Positions 14,657 to 28,815 of a stretch of 64,000 nt of DNA are shown here, piece after piece. Origin of the DNA: the human T2T-CHM13v2.0 reference genome, Homo sapiens. The position numbers and the translations under genes were made by a program. Location: NCBI RefSeq assembly GCF_009914755.1, contig NC_060945.1. The stretch is one strand, 5' to 3'. Positions within the stretch are counted from its first letter, which is position 1. The number at the start of each line of letters is the position of its first letter. Below the pieces are notes generated by a model that was not told the DNA's origin, did not search any database, and worked only from the letters and a program-made list of their open reading frames with translations.

Positions 14657-14700
14657 ATGTGGGTGTGGGTGTGTGTGTGTGTGTGTGTGTGTCTGTGTGT
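14657..14700. repeat. (TG)n microsatellite
   Basis: Directly visible. Confidence 0.9.
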
Positions 14701-15223
14701 TGGGCTTCAACTTTCTTCAACTGTCAACCCTGCTATTAATAGGTGAAGCTATAAACACAGGGCAAAATCCATCATATCTGGTGATTCATACACAGAAGTA
14801 CAGAGTGGAGCAACTTGAGACATTACAGGCTGAAAAATACACACTTGAAATCCACAGCCCATGACTGAATCTGCTAGATGATGACTCGGTGGTTGCTGAG
14901 GAATTTAATCATCTGGACCATGTCCTTCCCTAGTTAATTTTCAACCCAGATGATCATATCTCCTGTTCCGGGCAGACACATTTCTGGCGCTAAGACCAGG
15001 GCCCCTATTCAGCCTTAGTGGATAATTCAACCTCCTGAGAGGCACTGCAGAAGCACCTGGGCCAAGATTGCTTTCCTCTTCTACGCCTATCCCAGGAATG
15101 TGGCCACTGCTCAAAATGTGGGAATTCCCTTCCAGAATTCCCCTTGAAGCTGCTGCACGCTTCTTAGACCACGTCTGAGCAATGCCTGCATCACTAGAAT
15201 ATTTGGCCTCAGTTGGGTTTGTT

Positions 15224-15254
<31 letters not shown>

Positions 15255-15383
15255 CAAGGTTTTTTCCTCAACTAAGACTTAAGACAAGGGGGTCTTAATT
15301 TGATCATTTTTTTCTGTTTTATATGATTTCTATGAAAACTACAACAAAATAAAGTTAATTATATTTAAGTGACTTTTTGATGA

Positions 15384-15693
<310 letters not shown>

Positions 15694-16072
15694 GAATTAC
15701 ATTTTTTTAAATGGTACTGTCCTAGAAAATCCAGGATGTGCAGTGATCATGTATGAATGCATGGACCTGCACACACAGGAGTGAACAAAAGACCCACCCC
15801 TGCCAGGTCACCACTCATATCTCACCCCAGCCCACGCTAGCTCACGCTCCTCCCCACACACCACTGACCCCATCATTGCTAGGTCCCCACTTGACTTCTC
15901 AACAGGTTCAAGACAATTGGCCTTCCTCGTCTCTTCTAGAAACACCCTCTTTTCTGGGCTTTGTGTAACACCTGGTCTTTCTCCCCTCTCTGGCCACTTC
16001 TCAGCTTTTTTTTTTTCTTTCTTTCTTTTTTTTTTTTTTTTTTTTTTTTTGCCACTTCCTCTTCCTCTACAT

Positions 16073-16153
16073 CAAGCTTGTCCAACCCACAGCCCAGGAC
16101 AGCTTTGAATGCAGCCTAACACAAATTCGTAAGCTTTCTTAAAACATTATGAG

Positions 16154-16193
<40 letters not shown>

Positions 16194-16293
16194 AGCTCAT
16201 CAGCTATCGTTATTGTTAGTGTATTTTATGTGTGGCCCAAGACATTTCTTCTTCCAGTGTGGCCCAGGGAAGCCAAAAGATTGGACACCCCTG
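16073..16293. mobile_element. MER30 (hAT-Charlie)
   Basis: Ends CAAGCTTGTCCAA / TTGGACACCCCTG; 8-bp TSD CTCTACAT/CTCTACAA. Confidence 0.85.
16155..16191. repeat. (TG)n microsatellite inside MER30
   Basis: Directly visible. Confidence 0.92.
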
Positions 16294-16857
16294 CTCTACA
16301 ACATCTCAATATAGGCCTTTTTCATGTTTCATTCTAGATTCTCTCTCTAGACTACAAGTTCTTAAGGGGAAGTGGCATTGGGAAATGTGTGAAGGTGGCT
16401 TTGGTTGTCACAACAGCAGGGTGGATGCTGTGTTACTAGTGTTCAGTGGATGGCGGCAGAGGGACCAAACAGAAGGCAGTATCACCAAAGAACTGTCCAT
16501 CCTCGCATGCCAATACCCACACTCCATAGAGAAACACTGCAATGGCATCCACTCCCACAGATTCGCTTACCATCTGCCAGCCAAGGCCTGCCCAGCCAGA
16601 CCTCTCCTCTGAGCACTGGTATTCCCCTTAGACATCTAACAGGCACATCAGAGTCAACGTGTCCAAAGCCAACTCATCATCTTCTCTGTAAATCTGCTTC
16701 TTCTCCAAGATGTCCTTCCTCTATGCTCACCATCACCATGAAGCCAGGTATTTAAGCAAAGGGAGTCATCTATATAAAGCCAATCCTCCGTATTCATGGG
16801 GGATTGTTTCCAGGCCCCCAGGGATACCAAAATCCACAGATGCCCAAGCCCCTTGTA

Positions 16858-16937
16858 TTAGGTTGGTGCAAAAGTATTGCAGTTTTTGCCTTTTCGTCTT
16901 TATGGCAAAAACCGCAATGACTTTTGCACCAACCCAA
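16858..16937. mobile_element. MADE1 (Hsmar1 MITE), 80 bp
   Basis: TA-flanked TIRs TTAGGTTGGTGCAAAAGT / ACTTTTGCACCAACCCAA. Confidence 0.92.
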
Positions 16938-16965
16938 TACAAAATGGCATAGTATTTGCATATAA

Positions 16966-17305
<340 letters not shown>

Positions 17306-17499
17306 TTACTTATAATACCTAATACAATGTAGATACTATGTAAATAGTTGTTATGCTATATTTTTAATTTGTATTATTTTTATTCTTGTATTGTTTTATC
17401 GGGGCTTTCTTTCCAAATTTTTTTGATCAGCAGTTGGTTGATCCTCAGATGTGGAACCAACGGATATCGAGGGCAGACTGTACTTGCCTCTCCCTCCAC

Positions 17500-18275
17500 A
17501 CCCAACCTAATCACCAAATCCTACCAATCCAGCTCCTAAATTCTGCAACACCCATCCACTTTTCTTCCCCTCCACTGCCAGCACGCTAATCTTGGCCACT
17601 GTCATCTCCACCTGAACTCTTGCAGTAGCCCCTCCCAGGTCTCCCTGCTTTCATTCCTGCCTGTTTCAGAGCCCCCATCCTCACTGCAACACGTCATCTT
17701 CAAAACAGCTGCTCTGATCCTATCACTCTGGCTTAAACTCCCCAGTGGCTTCCCATTCCTCTCAGACTACAGCCCAAATCCTTAGCCCTGCCTCTGAGGA
17801 CAGCCCTGCAGCGTCTCCCGGAGCCTTCCTTTCCAGCGTCACTTCCCCTTACTTTGGCCACGTTGACCTCCTGCCAGTTCCTCAATGGCTCTGTTCCCCT
17901 TCCACCACCCCACCTTAATGAATGCCCTTCCCTCTGCCTGAGAGGTTCCTCCCCACCTGCCCTTCCCTCCCATGGCCGATGCCTAACACTCTTCCATCGC
18001 TCTTCCAACACTCTTCCCCATCGGTTCAACACTGCTTCTTCCAGGAAGCCTCCCCAGGCCCCTGGATAAATCCCTGTGCATTCTCAAAGTGCTTAGACTG
18101 TCTCTTTTCTAGAACTGACCACAAATGTCATGAATTACCTAGTTGCAAAAGTATTTAATGTCCATCTTCACTGCTCTGTAAGCAGCCCTGTGGACAAGGA
18201 ATGAGCCAGCCTCATTGACTATGGGTGCTGTGGCTCCCAGCACAGTGTCTTGCAAACGGACATTCAGTAAATATC
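17500..18275 (+). mobile_element. L2 3' fragment
   Basis: Pyrimidine-rich L2-type text (CTTAAACTCCCCAGTGGCTTCCCATT...CTCCCAGCACAGTGTCTTGC...CAGTAAATAT). Confidence 0.7.
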
Positions 18276-19775
18276 TAGTGCCGATTCCCCTAAGATAAAC
18301 CTTGGAGGAACTATAAAGAGAGAACTGACAAAATTTTGAGAAAATTCATGGGATGTGTCAGGAGGGAAACAGCTGGGAAAGGGCCAGGGGACTTTGGCCA
18401 GGAGCAGGATCAGTGGGTGGCTGTGGAAAGGGTAAAACAGAAAAGGAACTATGGGTGTCTGCCCTTGCCCCTTCCCCCACCAATGCTAGGGACAAACAGT
18501 GCCTGCCCCTACCCTGATGCTGACTTAGACCTGTGTCCAGATGTCCCAGGAGTAAAATTCAGGCATCTCACAAGTCCTGTGCCTGTGAGGAGCTGGAAAA
18601 ACAGGTGGGAAGAAAAACCCTAGGCAGTTGCTTCCTTCTCTAACACCACCCCTTCCAAACCCTCAGGCCAGGGGAACTGCGAACCAAAAAGTGCCCCTTT
18701 CTAAACCACTCCTCCCTGGGGACCAAAGATGGAGCACTGACCTGAAACATTGTTTTGCTGGGTGTGGAGTAACTGAGGGTGGCACAGTTGTCTGGGACTG
18801 ATCTGTCCCCACCCCATCTCTCCATAGATATTGCCTAACAGAGAAGCCAACTGACCTCGCCACTGCCATGGAGAATGAGGTCAAAATAGCAAGATAGTTG
18901 AGAAGTAAACCATTTTAAAAAAACTGAATTATAGATTCCATCAGAAGAGGAAATGTTGGAAAAGTCCAAGAAGTTAAAATTAGCCTAATAAGCTTAATAG
19001 GAAATAAAGAGAAATGAAACAATACTAAGACAACATTAAAAAGGAACCATGCATAAGAAATAAAAAATATAGTAGTTGAAGGAAAGAACTCACAAATGTG
19101 ACTAAACAGTAGAATGAATAAAACTCAAGGACAAATTAGTGAGTTGGAAGTTCAAACTGAGGAAGTTCTTCAAATAAGGGACAAAAAATAGAAAATATTA
19201 GAGAAAAGCCAAAAAAATGGAGTATTTACACACAAATGCTAACATCCATATGATAAGGCTCAGAGAGTCAGAGGAATAAAATGAAAAGAAGGAAGTATTT
19301 GAAAGAATAATGAAGCTAGATTTCCTAGAATTCAAAAAGAAAAAAAGAAATACCTCAGAATGAAAGGGCCTACAGAATGACAAAGAGAAGAAAGAGAAAA
19401 ATATATCACACCCTATGGTAAAATATGAGACTATGAAAGACAAAGAAAATTCTGCAAAGAGTAAATCATACAAAGGACCAACATTGAGAATGACACCAGA
19501 TTTCCCCACAGCATCAGTGGATCCAGGAAAACAATGGAGCAGTATCAGCAAAGTACTGAAGGATATGACCTTAGAACCTAGAATATACATCCAGCCAAAC
19601 TGCCCTTTAATTAAGTATCAGGGCATGAAACAAATATTCTCAGTCATATAAAACCTCAAAACTTGAATAAGTAGAGAAACAAATCAAAGAGTTGCTGGAG
19701 AAACAAATAAAAATAATCAAATACCTTACAAAAGTTGGTTGTAGTAAACAACAAATTTTTAAAATTCTAAGACCA

Positions 19776-20070
19776 GGCTGGGTGTGGTGGCTCATGCCTA
19801 TAATCCCAGCACTTACGGAGGCCAAGGCAGGAGAATCGCTTGAGGCCAGGAGTTTGAGACCACCCTGGCCAACATGGCAAAACCTCATCTCTACTAAAAA
19901 TACAAAAATTAGCTGGATGTGGTGGTGTGCACCTGTAGTCCCAGCTACTCAGGAGGCTGAGGCATGAGAATCACTGAAACCCAGGAGATGGAGGCTGCAG
20001 TGAGCCGAGATCAAGCCACTCCACTCCAACCTGTGTGACAGAGCGAGACTCTGATTTAAAAAAAAAAAAA
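19776..20070 (+). mobile_element. Alu
   Basis: TSD AAAATTCTAAGACCA. Confidence 0.95.
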
Positions 20071-20567
20071 TTCTAAGACCAATGAACAAGAAAAAAGAGA
20101 CTTACACTTGCCCGGACTTAAAAGTATAGATCAGGAATATTTGTGTCATAATGTTAAATTATATAAAATTAGATTTACTATATATCATTGTCTAAATCAG
20201 AATACCTTTGAGAGTAAAAGGTATTATTTAAGAATTATATCAGGAAAAGACAAAGTAAACTAGGACTGTCTCAGGCAAATCAGGACATATGGTCAGTCAT
20301 GGTATATAAAATAGATCAGAAAATATGAAGGATGAGGAGGGCCCCCAAAATGATAAAAAGTTTAATTCCCCTAGTATATATAAAGCAAAAATTGATAGAA
20401 ATATACAGATAAATTGATAAATCCACCTTCACAGTGGGAGATTTTAGCATACCATTGTAAATAATGGGTCAAGTAAACAAAAAAACTCAGCAGGAATGTA
20501 AAAGATTTGAACTTCACCCAATGAATACAGAAAGTTATGCCTCGAAAACTTAAATGATACATTTTTA

Positions 20568-20909
<342 letters not shown>

Positions 20910-21038
20910 TCACTCTAAGAATTATACCTAAAATGCTTGCACACATACAAGAATGTTCATAGCACCACAGTTCTCAATAACCAAAAACTGGAAACAACTC
21001 AACTGCTCATCAAGAAAAGGGAGAAGAATAAACTATGG

Positions 21039-21652
21039 TTGTATTCATTTTCTATTGCTACGTAACAAATGACAAACGTAGCGGCTTGAAACAGCACCCA
21101 TTTATTATCTCAGTTCTATAGGTCAGATGTCTGGACATGTCATGGCTGGGTTCTCTACTCAGGGGCCCACCAGGCTGAAATTAAGGTGTTGGCAGGGCTG
21201 CAATCTCATCTGAAGGTGAGGGCCCTCTTCCCAGCTCACTGGTTGTTGGCAGAATTGAGTTCCTAGAGGGTGAAGGAGTGAGTCTCCACCATCTTGCTAG
21301 CTGTCAGCTGGAGCCATTCTCAGCTTCTAGAGGTTGCTGGCCCCATGGTGTTTTCCACGACATGAAAGTTATCTTCTGCAAGGCTGGCAGGAGATTTTCA
21401 CTGCTACTTTGGATGTCTGACTTGCCTGCCTCTGACTCTAGACCCAGGTTTAAAGTGTTCATGTGATTAGATCAAGCTCCCTTCCTTGATCTAATCAAGG
21501 AAGGGCATTAATTATGTCTGCAAATTATGAAGGGCATTAATTATGTCTGCAAAACCCATCACAGTAGCACCTAGATTCAAGTTTGATTGAACACTGTATG
21601 TTCCCCAGGGCCCAGAATCTTGGCAGCCATCTTCAAATTCTGCGTCCTACAA
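21039..21652 (-). mobile_element. MaLR LTR (MLT1E/F-like)
   Basis: GCGGCTTGAAACAGCACCCATTTATTATCTCAGTTCTATAGGTCAG hallmark. Confidence 0.75.
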
Positions 21653-22071
21653 TGATCTATTCACACAGTGAAATATTACACAGCAGTCAGGTAGAGTGGA
21701 TGATAGCTGCCTTCAACAAAAGGATGAGGCTTGGCAATTTGATATATAGAAAATATAGACCCAAAAGACTGTAAATTTAAAACAACTAAAATTTTAAAAG
21801 TACATTTAAGGAACACATATAGAAAATATAAAGCAATATAAAAAAGAAAGGAAGGAGAGGAACTGGATTCTGAATTCATTGCCCAGATTTGGGGGAAGCA
21901 GGAGGAGGGGTCTGTGGGTTCATAGATGCCATTATACTATTTAAAATAACTAATGAATAACTAACTAAATTAAAGCAGGAGAAATATGGACCAATGAGAA
22001 GAGAATGTCATGAATGAATGCTTATGATTTTTCCTATTCTGTGCACCTGATGTCTAACAATGAAGAAGTTC

Positions 22072-22366
22072 GGCCTCGATGGCTCATACCTGTAATCCCA
22101 GCACTCTGGGAGGCCAACGGGGGTGGATCACTTGAGCCCAGGAGTTTGAGACCAGCCTGAGCAACATGGCAAAACCGTGTCTCTACAAAAAATACAGAAA
22201 AATTAGCTGGGCATGGTGGGGTGCACCTGCAGTCCCAGCTACTGGGGAGGCTGAGTGGGAGGACCACTTGAGCCTGAGAGTTTGAGGCTGCAGTGACCTG
22301 TGGTTGCACCACTGCACTCCAGCGTGGGCAACAGAGCAAGATCCTGTCTAAAAAAAAAAAAAAAAA
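22072..22366 (+). mobile_element. Alu (J-type)
   Basis: Dimeric Alu. Confidence 0.93.
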
Positions 22367-23451
22367 GATTAGGAAAACAAAAAAGATTAAAAAGATTTGA
22401 GAAATGAAAGAACATATTATGGAATTACAAAATGTGTTCCCTCCAGGGCCGGCGAAGCAGCCTGGTTTCCAGATAGCACCAAAGAAGCGCCAAGGGATTT
22501 GTCTCCTCAGGTCAAACCTCTCTCCCTGGAAAACTTCCAAAATGTAAATCGAAATTATTATTTGTTCTTGGAGAAGCCTAGTCAGAAAATACTAAGGATA
22601 ATCAGGTGGCACTGTCACCCCTGAGACCTCAGTCGGCCTCTTACTCCTGTTTCCTCCACCCCTGCCCAGGCACCACTAGTTCCTTTGCAGCAGCATTTAA
22701 AAACACTCAGTGGCGCACTGTGGGAGGCGGAGGCAGGATGATCACTTCAGCCCAGGAATTAGAATCCAGCCTGGGCAACATAGTGAGACCCGGTGTCTAT
22801 TCAAAAAAAAAATTCTTTTAATTATAAAAATAGAAAAATAAACACACTCAAGACTTTCCCATTTAGGGGAGAAAAAAAAAGAAAGAATGAAGCAGGACCC
22901 CTCTCCTCCCCCACATCTGCCTCCAGCTGCAACATATCTCCCTTCCTTGCCTTCCTAGCAAACTTGTCGATAACAAGTCCTCTACATTCTTGTCTCGTCC
23001 CCTCCCCATTGTGCAAAACCTGCACTCAACCAAGTCACCAGTGACTTGTTCAGCACTTAATCCTCCTGATATCTCAGTGACCTTGGACTCTGTCAGCCAC
23101 TTCCTCCCAGAACCCTTTGTCTTCGCAGCTGTGATGGCGCTCTGGTGGCTTTTCTATAATCTCTCTGCTCCTTTTCTGTCTCGTCTGCTCGCTGTTGCCT
23201 GTAGCTCTGCCCTCACATCCTGTTTCCTTTCTCCAATCTCTCTGGAATAGTTCATCTGCACTCACAGGACCAACTGTTGCCAGACACTGCTGGTCTCCAG
23301 ATCCACTCTCGCAGTCTAAATCGTCTTCATTCTGGACATATGGAAGCAGCCGCCTCCAGGAAACCTCTGCAATGCCCTTAGCAATTCCACCTCTCTGTGC
23401 CTTCAGTTGAATGAATCATTTCTTTCACCCTCAGCATGCTGCTTCTTGTTG

Positions 23452-23884
23452 TATACTATATTAGGGTTCTCCAGAGAAACAGAACCAATGAGGTATGTGT
23501 GTAGAGGGAGAGAGAAGGGGAGAGAGGGAGAAAGAGAGGAAAACTGATTGGTTTTAAGGAGTTGACTCATAAGATTGTGGGGGCTGGCAAGTCTGAAACT
23601 TGCAGGCCAGGCCAGCAGGCTGGAGACCCAGGGGAAGGTTGATGTTGCAGCTTGAGTCTGAAGGCAGCTAGAAACAGAATTCCCTCTTGCTCAGGGACTT
23701 CAGTCTTTTCTCCTGAGGCTGATCTGATGAGGCCAGGCCCCATTATGGAGGATAATCTGCTTTATTCATGGTACGTGTTTTCACATCTTTAAAATACCTT
23801 CACAGCAACATCTAGGCTGGTGCCTGACCAAACAACTGGGTACTGTGGCCCAGCAAAATTAACACATGAAATTAACCATCACAC
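23452..23884 (-). mobile_element. MLT2 LTR (ERVL)
   Basis: TTAGGGTTCTCCAGAGAAACAGAACCAAT...ATTAACCATCACA. Confidence 0.82.
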
Positions 23885-24409
23885 ATACCATCTTAGAAAA
23901 TGGTTCCACCGTCTAACAGATGCCTTAATCCAGGATCCTGGGAGTTTGCCTCAGTTCCTTATATGACCCAAACTTCACACAGCCAATCTAGCACCAAATT
24001 TTATGTACTCCTCTTCCTCAACATTTCTCATCCACTCCCACTGCCTCCTAGTCCAGGGCTCTATTACATCTGAACTGCTACAAGAGTATCCTCGCTGCAC
24101 TCAAGTTTCCAGTCTTACTTTCTCCAGATCTTTCCTAGACACAGCAAAAGAGAGAGAAAGCTTGTTAACTTGTGAATCAGATCATGTTGAATTTCCTACA
24201 TCATCTGGATTCCTCACAAATGCCACAGCTGTCACACAGTCTGGTACAGGTGGGATCTCTCATTGACTCAGACATCATGAGTGTTATTGGTATGTGATTT
24301 TCCAAAATGGAGAAGAACTCGTGGTAAATTTCTGAACAAAACAGAGTACAATCTTCTCTCAATTTACACAGCAGTTACAATTCTGGAAAATGCAGTGATA
24401 TTAAAACCC

Positions 24410-24760
24410 TACTATCTGAGTCTGCATGGCTGCTATAATAAAATACCATCAAATGGGTGGCTTAAGCAGCAGAAATTTCTTTCTCACAGTTCTGGAGGCT
24501 TGGAGGGCAAGATCAAGAGTTGGTTATTGGTGAGGGCTCTCTTCCTGGCTTGTGGATGGCCGTCTTCTTGCCGTGTCCTTACTTGTAGGGACAGTGAGAA
24601 TTCTCTCCTGTCCCTTCTTATAAGGGCACTAATCTCATTGTGAGGGCTCCATCTTCATGATCATGACTTAGTCACCTCCCAAAGGTTCAACCTTCAAATA
24701 CCATCACATCAGGTGCTAGGACCTTAACATATGAATTTGAGGGGTCACGATTCAGAAAGT
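24410..24760 (-). mobile_element. MaLR LTR (MLT1A-like)
   Basis: GGGTGGCTTAAGCAGCAGAAATTTCTTTCTCACAGTTCTGGAGGC. Confidence 0.8.
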
Positions 24761-25211
24761 ATGGTAAAATGTAAAACAGAGTTAGGTTCTAAGCTCAACT
24801 CATTAGAAACATGTTTTGTTTTTGTTTTTGTTTTTTACCTACAAAAAGATCTAACCATGGATTCAAGAGTCTTGAAGAGCTCAGAACTACTTTCAACATG
24901 GGAGACCATCCTGAAATTACAGAATATTTAGCATCTCTGGCCTCTACCCACCAAGTGCCAGTAGCACCTGCCCATCATCATGATAACCAATTCTGATCCC
25001 ACAACTTTCCACAATGTCTCCCGGGGGGGTGAACATACCCCACCACTGGACTTCTACCACTAACCCCAACCCACACATGTAGCTCAAGCCCAACTTTCTA
25101 ATCACATATCTCAGTCCTTTAGCCAGGAATCCCATTTTCCTACCATGGCACTCTCTACTCCAGAGTCATTCATCATGAACCCTCCCCCTAAAGCTTTGGC
25201 ATTCTTACTGA

Positions 25212-25561
<350 letters not shown>

Positions 25562-26651
25562 CTGAATGCTTATTCTTTTGCTGACTTTATCATCCTCACC
25601 TTTTTTCCTTCCCAATTTCCAGAGCCAGTGGAAATTCCTTCATCACTCCCCAATCAGTTAATCAGAAACAAAATAATCCAATTTGGGCTCTGAACTCGAG
25701 GGGTTCAGTAAATATTGTTTGCAAACAAATGTCATCCTCACTTTTCCTGGCTACACCTGCCTGAGGGATGAACAGGAAGAGGTCTGAACAGCAACAAAAT
25801 GATTCTGGAAACATTACTTGGTTCTTCTCTCACACCCAGAGAAATTATTGAAATTTCAAGTGCAAGTTCGCTCCCTGCCAGCATCATAGATCATTCGAGT
25901 CCCCAAAGTGTGGTTTGGAGCTCTCCAGAATTGCACTTTTGGCAGGATTCCCTACAGCATTCTTCTGTGAGTTTCCTACAGCTCTCCCTGTGGGGGACAC
26001 TGATTGCATTCTCCCTGGGGTGAGTTTGGGGACCATCGAAGGGTCCTATACCCAAAACCTAAGATTGAGTCTAGGCACCTTCATTAGCCCTTACCAGCCT
26101 CATTTGAGCAGCGTGCCCACTGGGGCTACTCCCATAGAAGAGCAGGATCTCCTACAAATCCATCAGGTCCTCATGCACAGAGATCTCCCAGCAGATGGCC
26201 ATGGGTCATTGGGAGACCCAAGAAACTTGAGAAACAGTTGATGAGACTTGGGTTGTTGTTGTTTTTTTATGAATCTACATTTCTGTAGTAACTCACTGAA
26301 TGATATTCAATAATGTCTATGCAAAATTAACTCATTGCCACAATCTAAAGCAAGCTTGAGAAATGGTCTGGACACCACAGGACTGTGGCAGCCACAGAGC
26401 CCTGGCACCTTCCCTGTGAGAAGGCTGGTGGGGTGAGGCTGTGGGCAGAACCAAGCCCAAGTTAGTGACCCTAGCTTAAAAAGAGAGTGAAAGAGGAAGC
26501 CAATGAGCAATTCTGAGAATCAGAGGTGGAGAAACCAGGTCACGTGCATGTGGTTAAGTCACTGGGTCAAAGTTGGGTGTGCTGGAAGCTGTTGCGTCTT
26601 TCTCAATCTTACAAAGCCAGGAGTTTGCCAAGGCTGCAATGCCCTATTAGT

Positions 26652-26772
26652 AAAGGTTGAGCATCCAAATCCCAAATCCAATATGCTCCATAATCTGAAA
26701 CTTTTTGAGCACTCAGTGGAACTCCTGGAGCATTTTGGATTTGAGATGTTTACATTAGAGTCGCTCAACCTG
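26652..26772. mobile_element. Tigger4/MER46-like MITE
   Basis: AGGTTGAGC...GCTCAACCTG terminal inverted repeats with internal ATCCAAAT/ATTTTGGAT symmetry. Confidence 0.7.
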
Positions 26773-27351
26773 TAGCAACATGTAGCAGCTGAGCAGGAAG
26801 AAGCAGTCCCTCCCCACTCATTTCCTTCCACCTGCCTGGGGTGGCTAAGGAGGGCAGCTGGAGAAAGACAGAGGCTACATGTGGTCAAACTTTAGTCTGC
26901 AGTTTCTCAGTCAGAGACTCAGTGAGGGAACCGGCCCCCACTGTCCTCACATGTGCAAATTTGAAGTTGACCTCATAGCTTCTCATGAACAATGCCATCT
27001 GGAACCTCAGCCAGGGCCTCCCAAGAGGAAGCCAGAGTTGAATATTTGGCCTCACAAGCAAATGTGACCAATGAGATGTTCATGCCAGAGTCAGGGCTAG
27101 ATTCGGTTCCCCTAATTTGGCACTCCTTCCCCTGACCCCCTGGGAGACTAGAAAGTTGTAGGGGTATGGATTTTGTGAAGAGAAGGATCAAACCCACATT
27201 AGTAGTCTCTCCAGCCCAGAGAAATGCTTTCACTGAGTCACCTTCCATCAGGCAGTCTTTGATACACAAGAGTATTCCATGTTTAAAATGTTCTTTCTCC
27301 ACAAACCTCCTTCGTGATCCTCTCTCCACAGATAATATTGCCACATATTTC

Positions 27352-27967
27352 CTGTTAAGAGCATGTAAGCCCAAAATATCTGAGACAGGTCTCGGTAAAT
27401 TTCAAAAGTTTATTTTGCCAAGGTTAAGGACACACCCATGACAAATCCATGACACAGCCTCAGGAGGTTCTGACAACATGTGCCCAAGGTGGTCGGGGCA
27501 CAGTTTGGATTTATACATTTTAGGGAGACATGAGACATCAATCAATATGTGTAAGATGTACATTGGTTTGGTCCGGAAAGACGGGACAACTCAAGGCGAG
27601 AAGGGGGCTTCCAGGTCATAGGTAGGTAAGAAACAAACGGTTGCATTATTCTGAGTCTCTGATGAGCCTTCACTGAATACACAATTTACACATGAGTGGA
27701 GAGTAGAAGAATAGTCTGGCTTAGCGAAACAATAGGGCAGAGGAAACAATCAGATATTCATTTGTCTCACGTGAGCAGAGGGGCACTTTGAGTTCTGTCC
27801 TTTGTCCACACAAGGAATTTCCTTGTGGGCAAAGTGTGAGAGAAGTATGTAGCTTTTTTTTTTTTTTTTTAAATCATTGTTGCTGTCTTATTTAGGAATG
27901 AAATAGGAGGCAGGTTTGCCTGACACAGTTCCCAGCTTGACTTTCCCTTGGCTTAGTGATTTTGGGG
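27352..27967 (-). mobile_element. MER4A-type ERV1 LTR
   Basis: ATCTGAGACAGGTCTC...AAAGTTTATTTTGCCAAGGTTAAGGACAC...ACATGTGCCCAAGGTGGTCGGG. Confidence 0.8.
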
Positions 27968-28377
27968 TTGTTGAAAGAAAAACTTTAGCTGAATTAAATT
28001 TAAAGGAGTTTAATTGAGCAATGAATGATTCACTGCAAATCGGGCAACCCCCAGAATCACAGCAGATTCAGAGAGACTCCAGCCCCTCCACATGGTGGGA
28101 AAAGTTTGATGGACAGCAAAAAAAAAAAAAAAAGTGACCTACAGAAAATGGTAGTGAGGTACAGAAACAGCTAGATTGGTTACAGCTCAGTGTTTGCCTT
28201 ATTTGAACATGGTTCTGACAGTTGGCTACATCTCATTGGCCAAAATTCAGTGATCGACACAAGTGTAGGCTACAGTCAGTTTATACCTCGACTTGTTATA
28301 GTTCACGATGTACAGAAAAACCTTTAGGCCGAACTTAAATATATAAGAAGCCAGCTTTAGGTTAAACTTGATTTAAC
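27968..28377 (-). mobile_element. MER51-type ERV1 LTR
   Basis: Ends CCTTTAGGCCGAACTTAAAT...AAACTTGATTTAAC, the reverse complement of the recalled MER51 start. Confidence 0.75.
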
Positions 28378-28815
28378 TTTCCCAGTGGGTTTCAAGACCA
28401 AATAAGTAACTTACTTTGGTAATAATGACATCAATGACTACAGTTTTGGTCAATCTCTCAAAATTGAGAAAATGACCAAAAGGGGGGAAGTGTTAAATCA
28501 GTTGGGTCCATCAATGATAGCAAACATTCTGCACAAATGCAAGATGTTGATAATAGGAAAACTGACAGCATGGGCTCAGGGTGGGGAGTTCAGAGGAAGT
28601 ATATGGAACTCTCCATACTTTTCACTCAATTTTTCTGTAAACCTAAACCTGCTTTAGAAAAGAAAGTCTATTAATTTCAAAATATAAAAATAAAAATATC
28701 CACCCTTGCCCCGCAAGGCCTCCTTTGGTTCCCAGCCATTCTTTTGCTCACTTATACAGCAAAACTTCCAAATTGGTTTCTCTCACCTCCAATATTTTTT
28801 TCTCAGCCCTCTCTC

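Noticed and set aside
15229-15300. Orphan poly(A) plus small hairpin as processed pseudogene end or terminator
   Set aside because: No TSD, upstream ORF or poly(A) signal identified.
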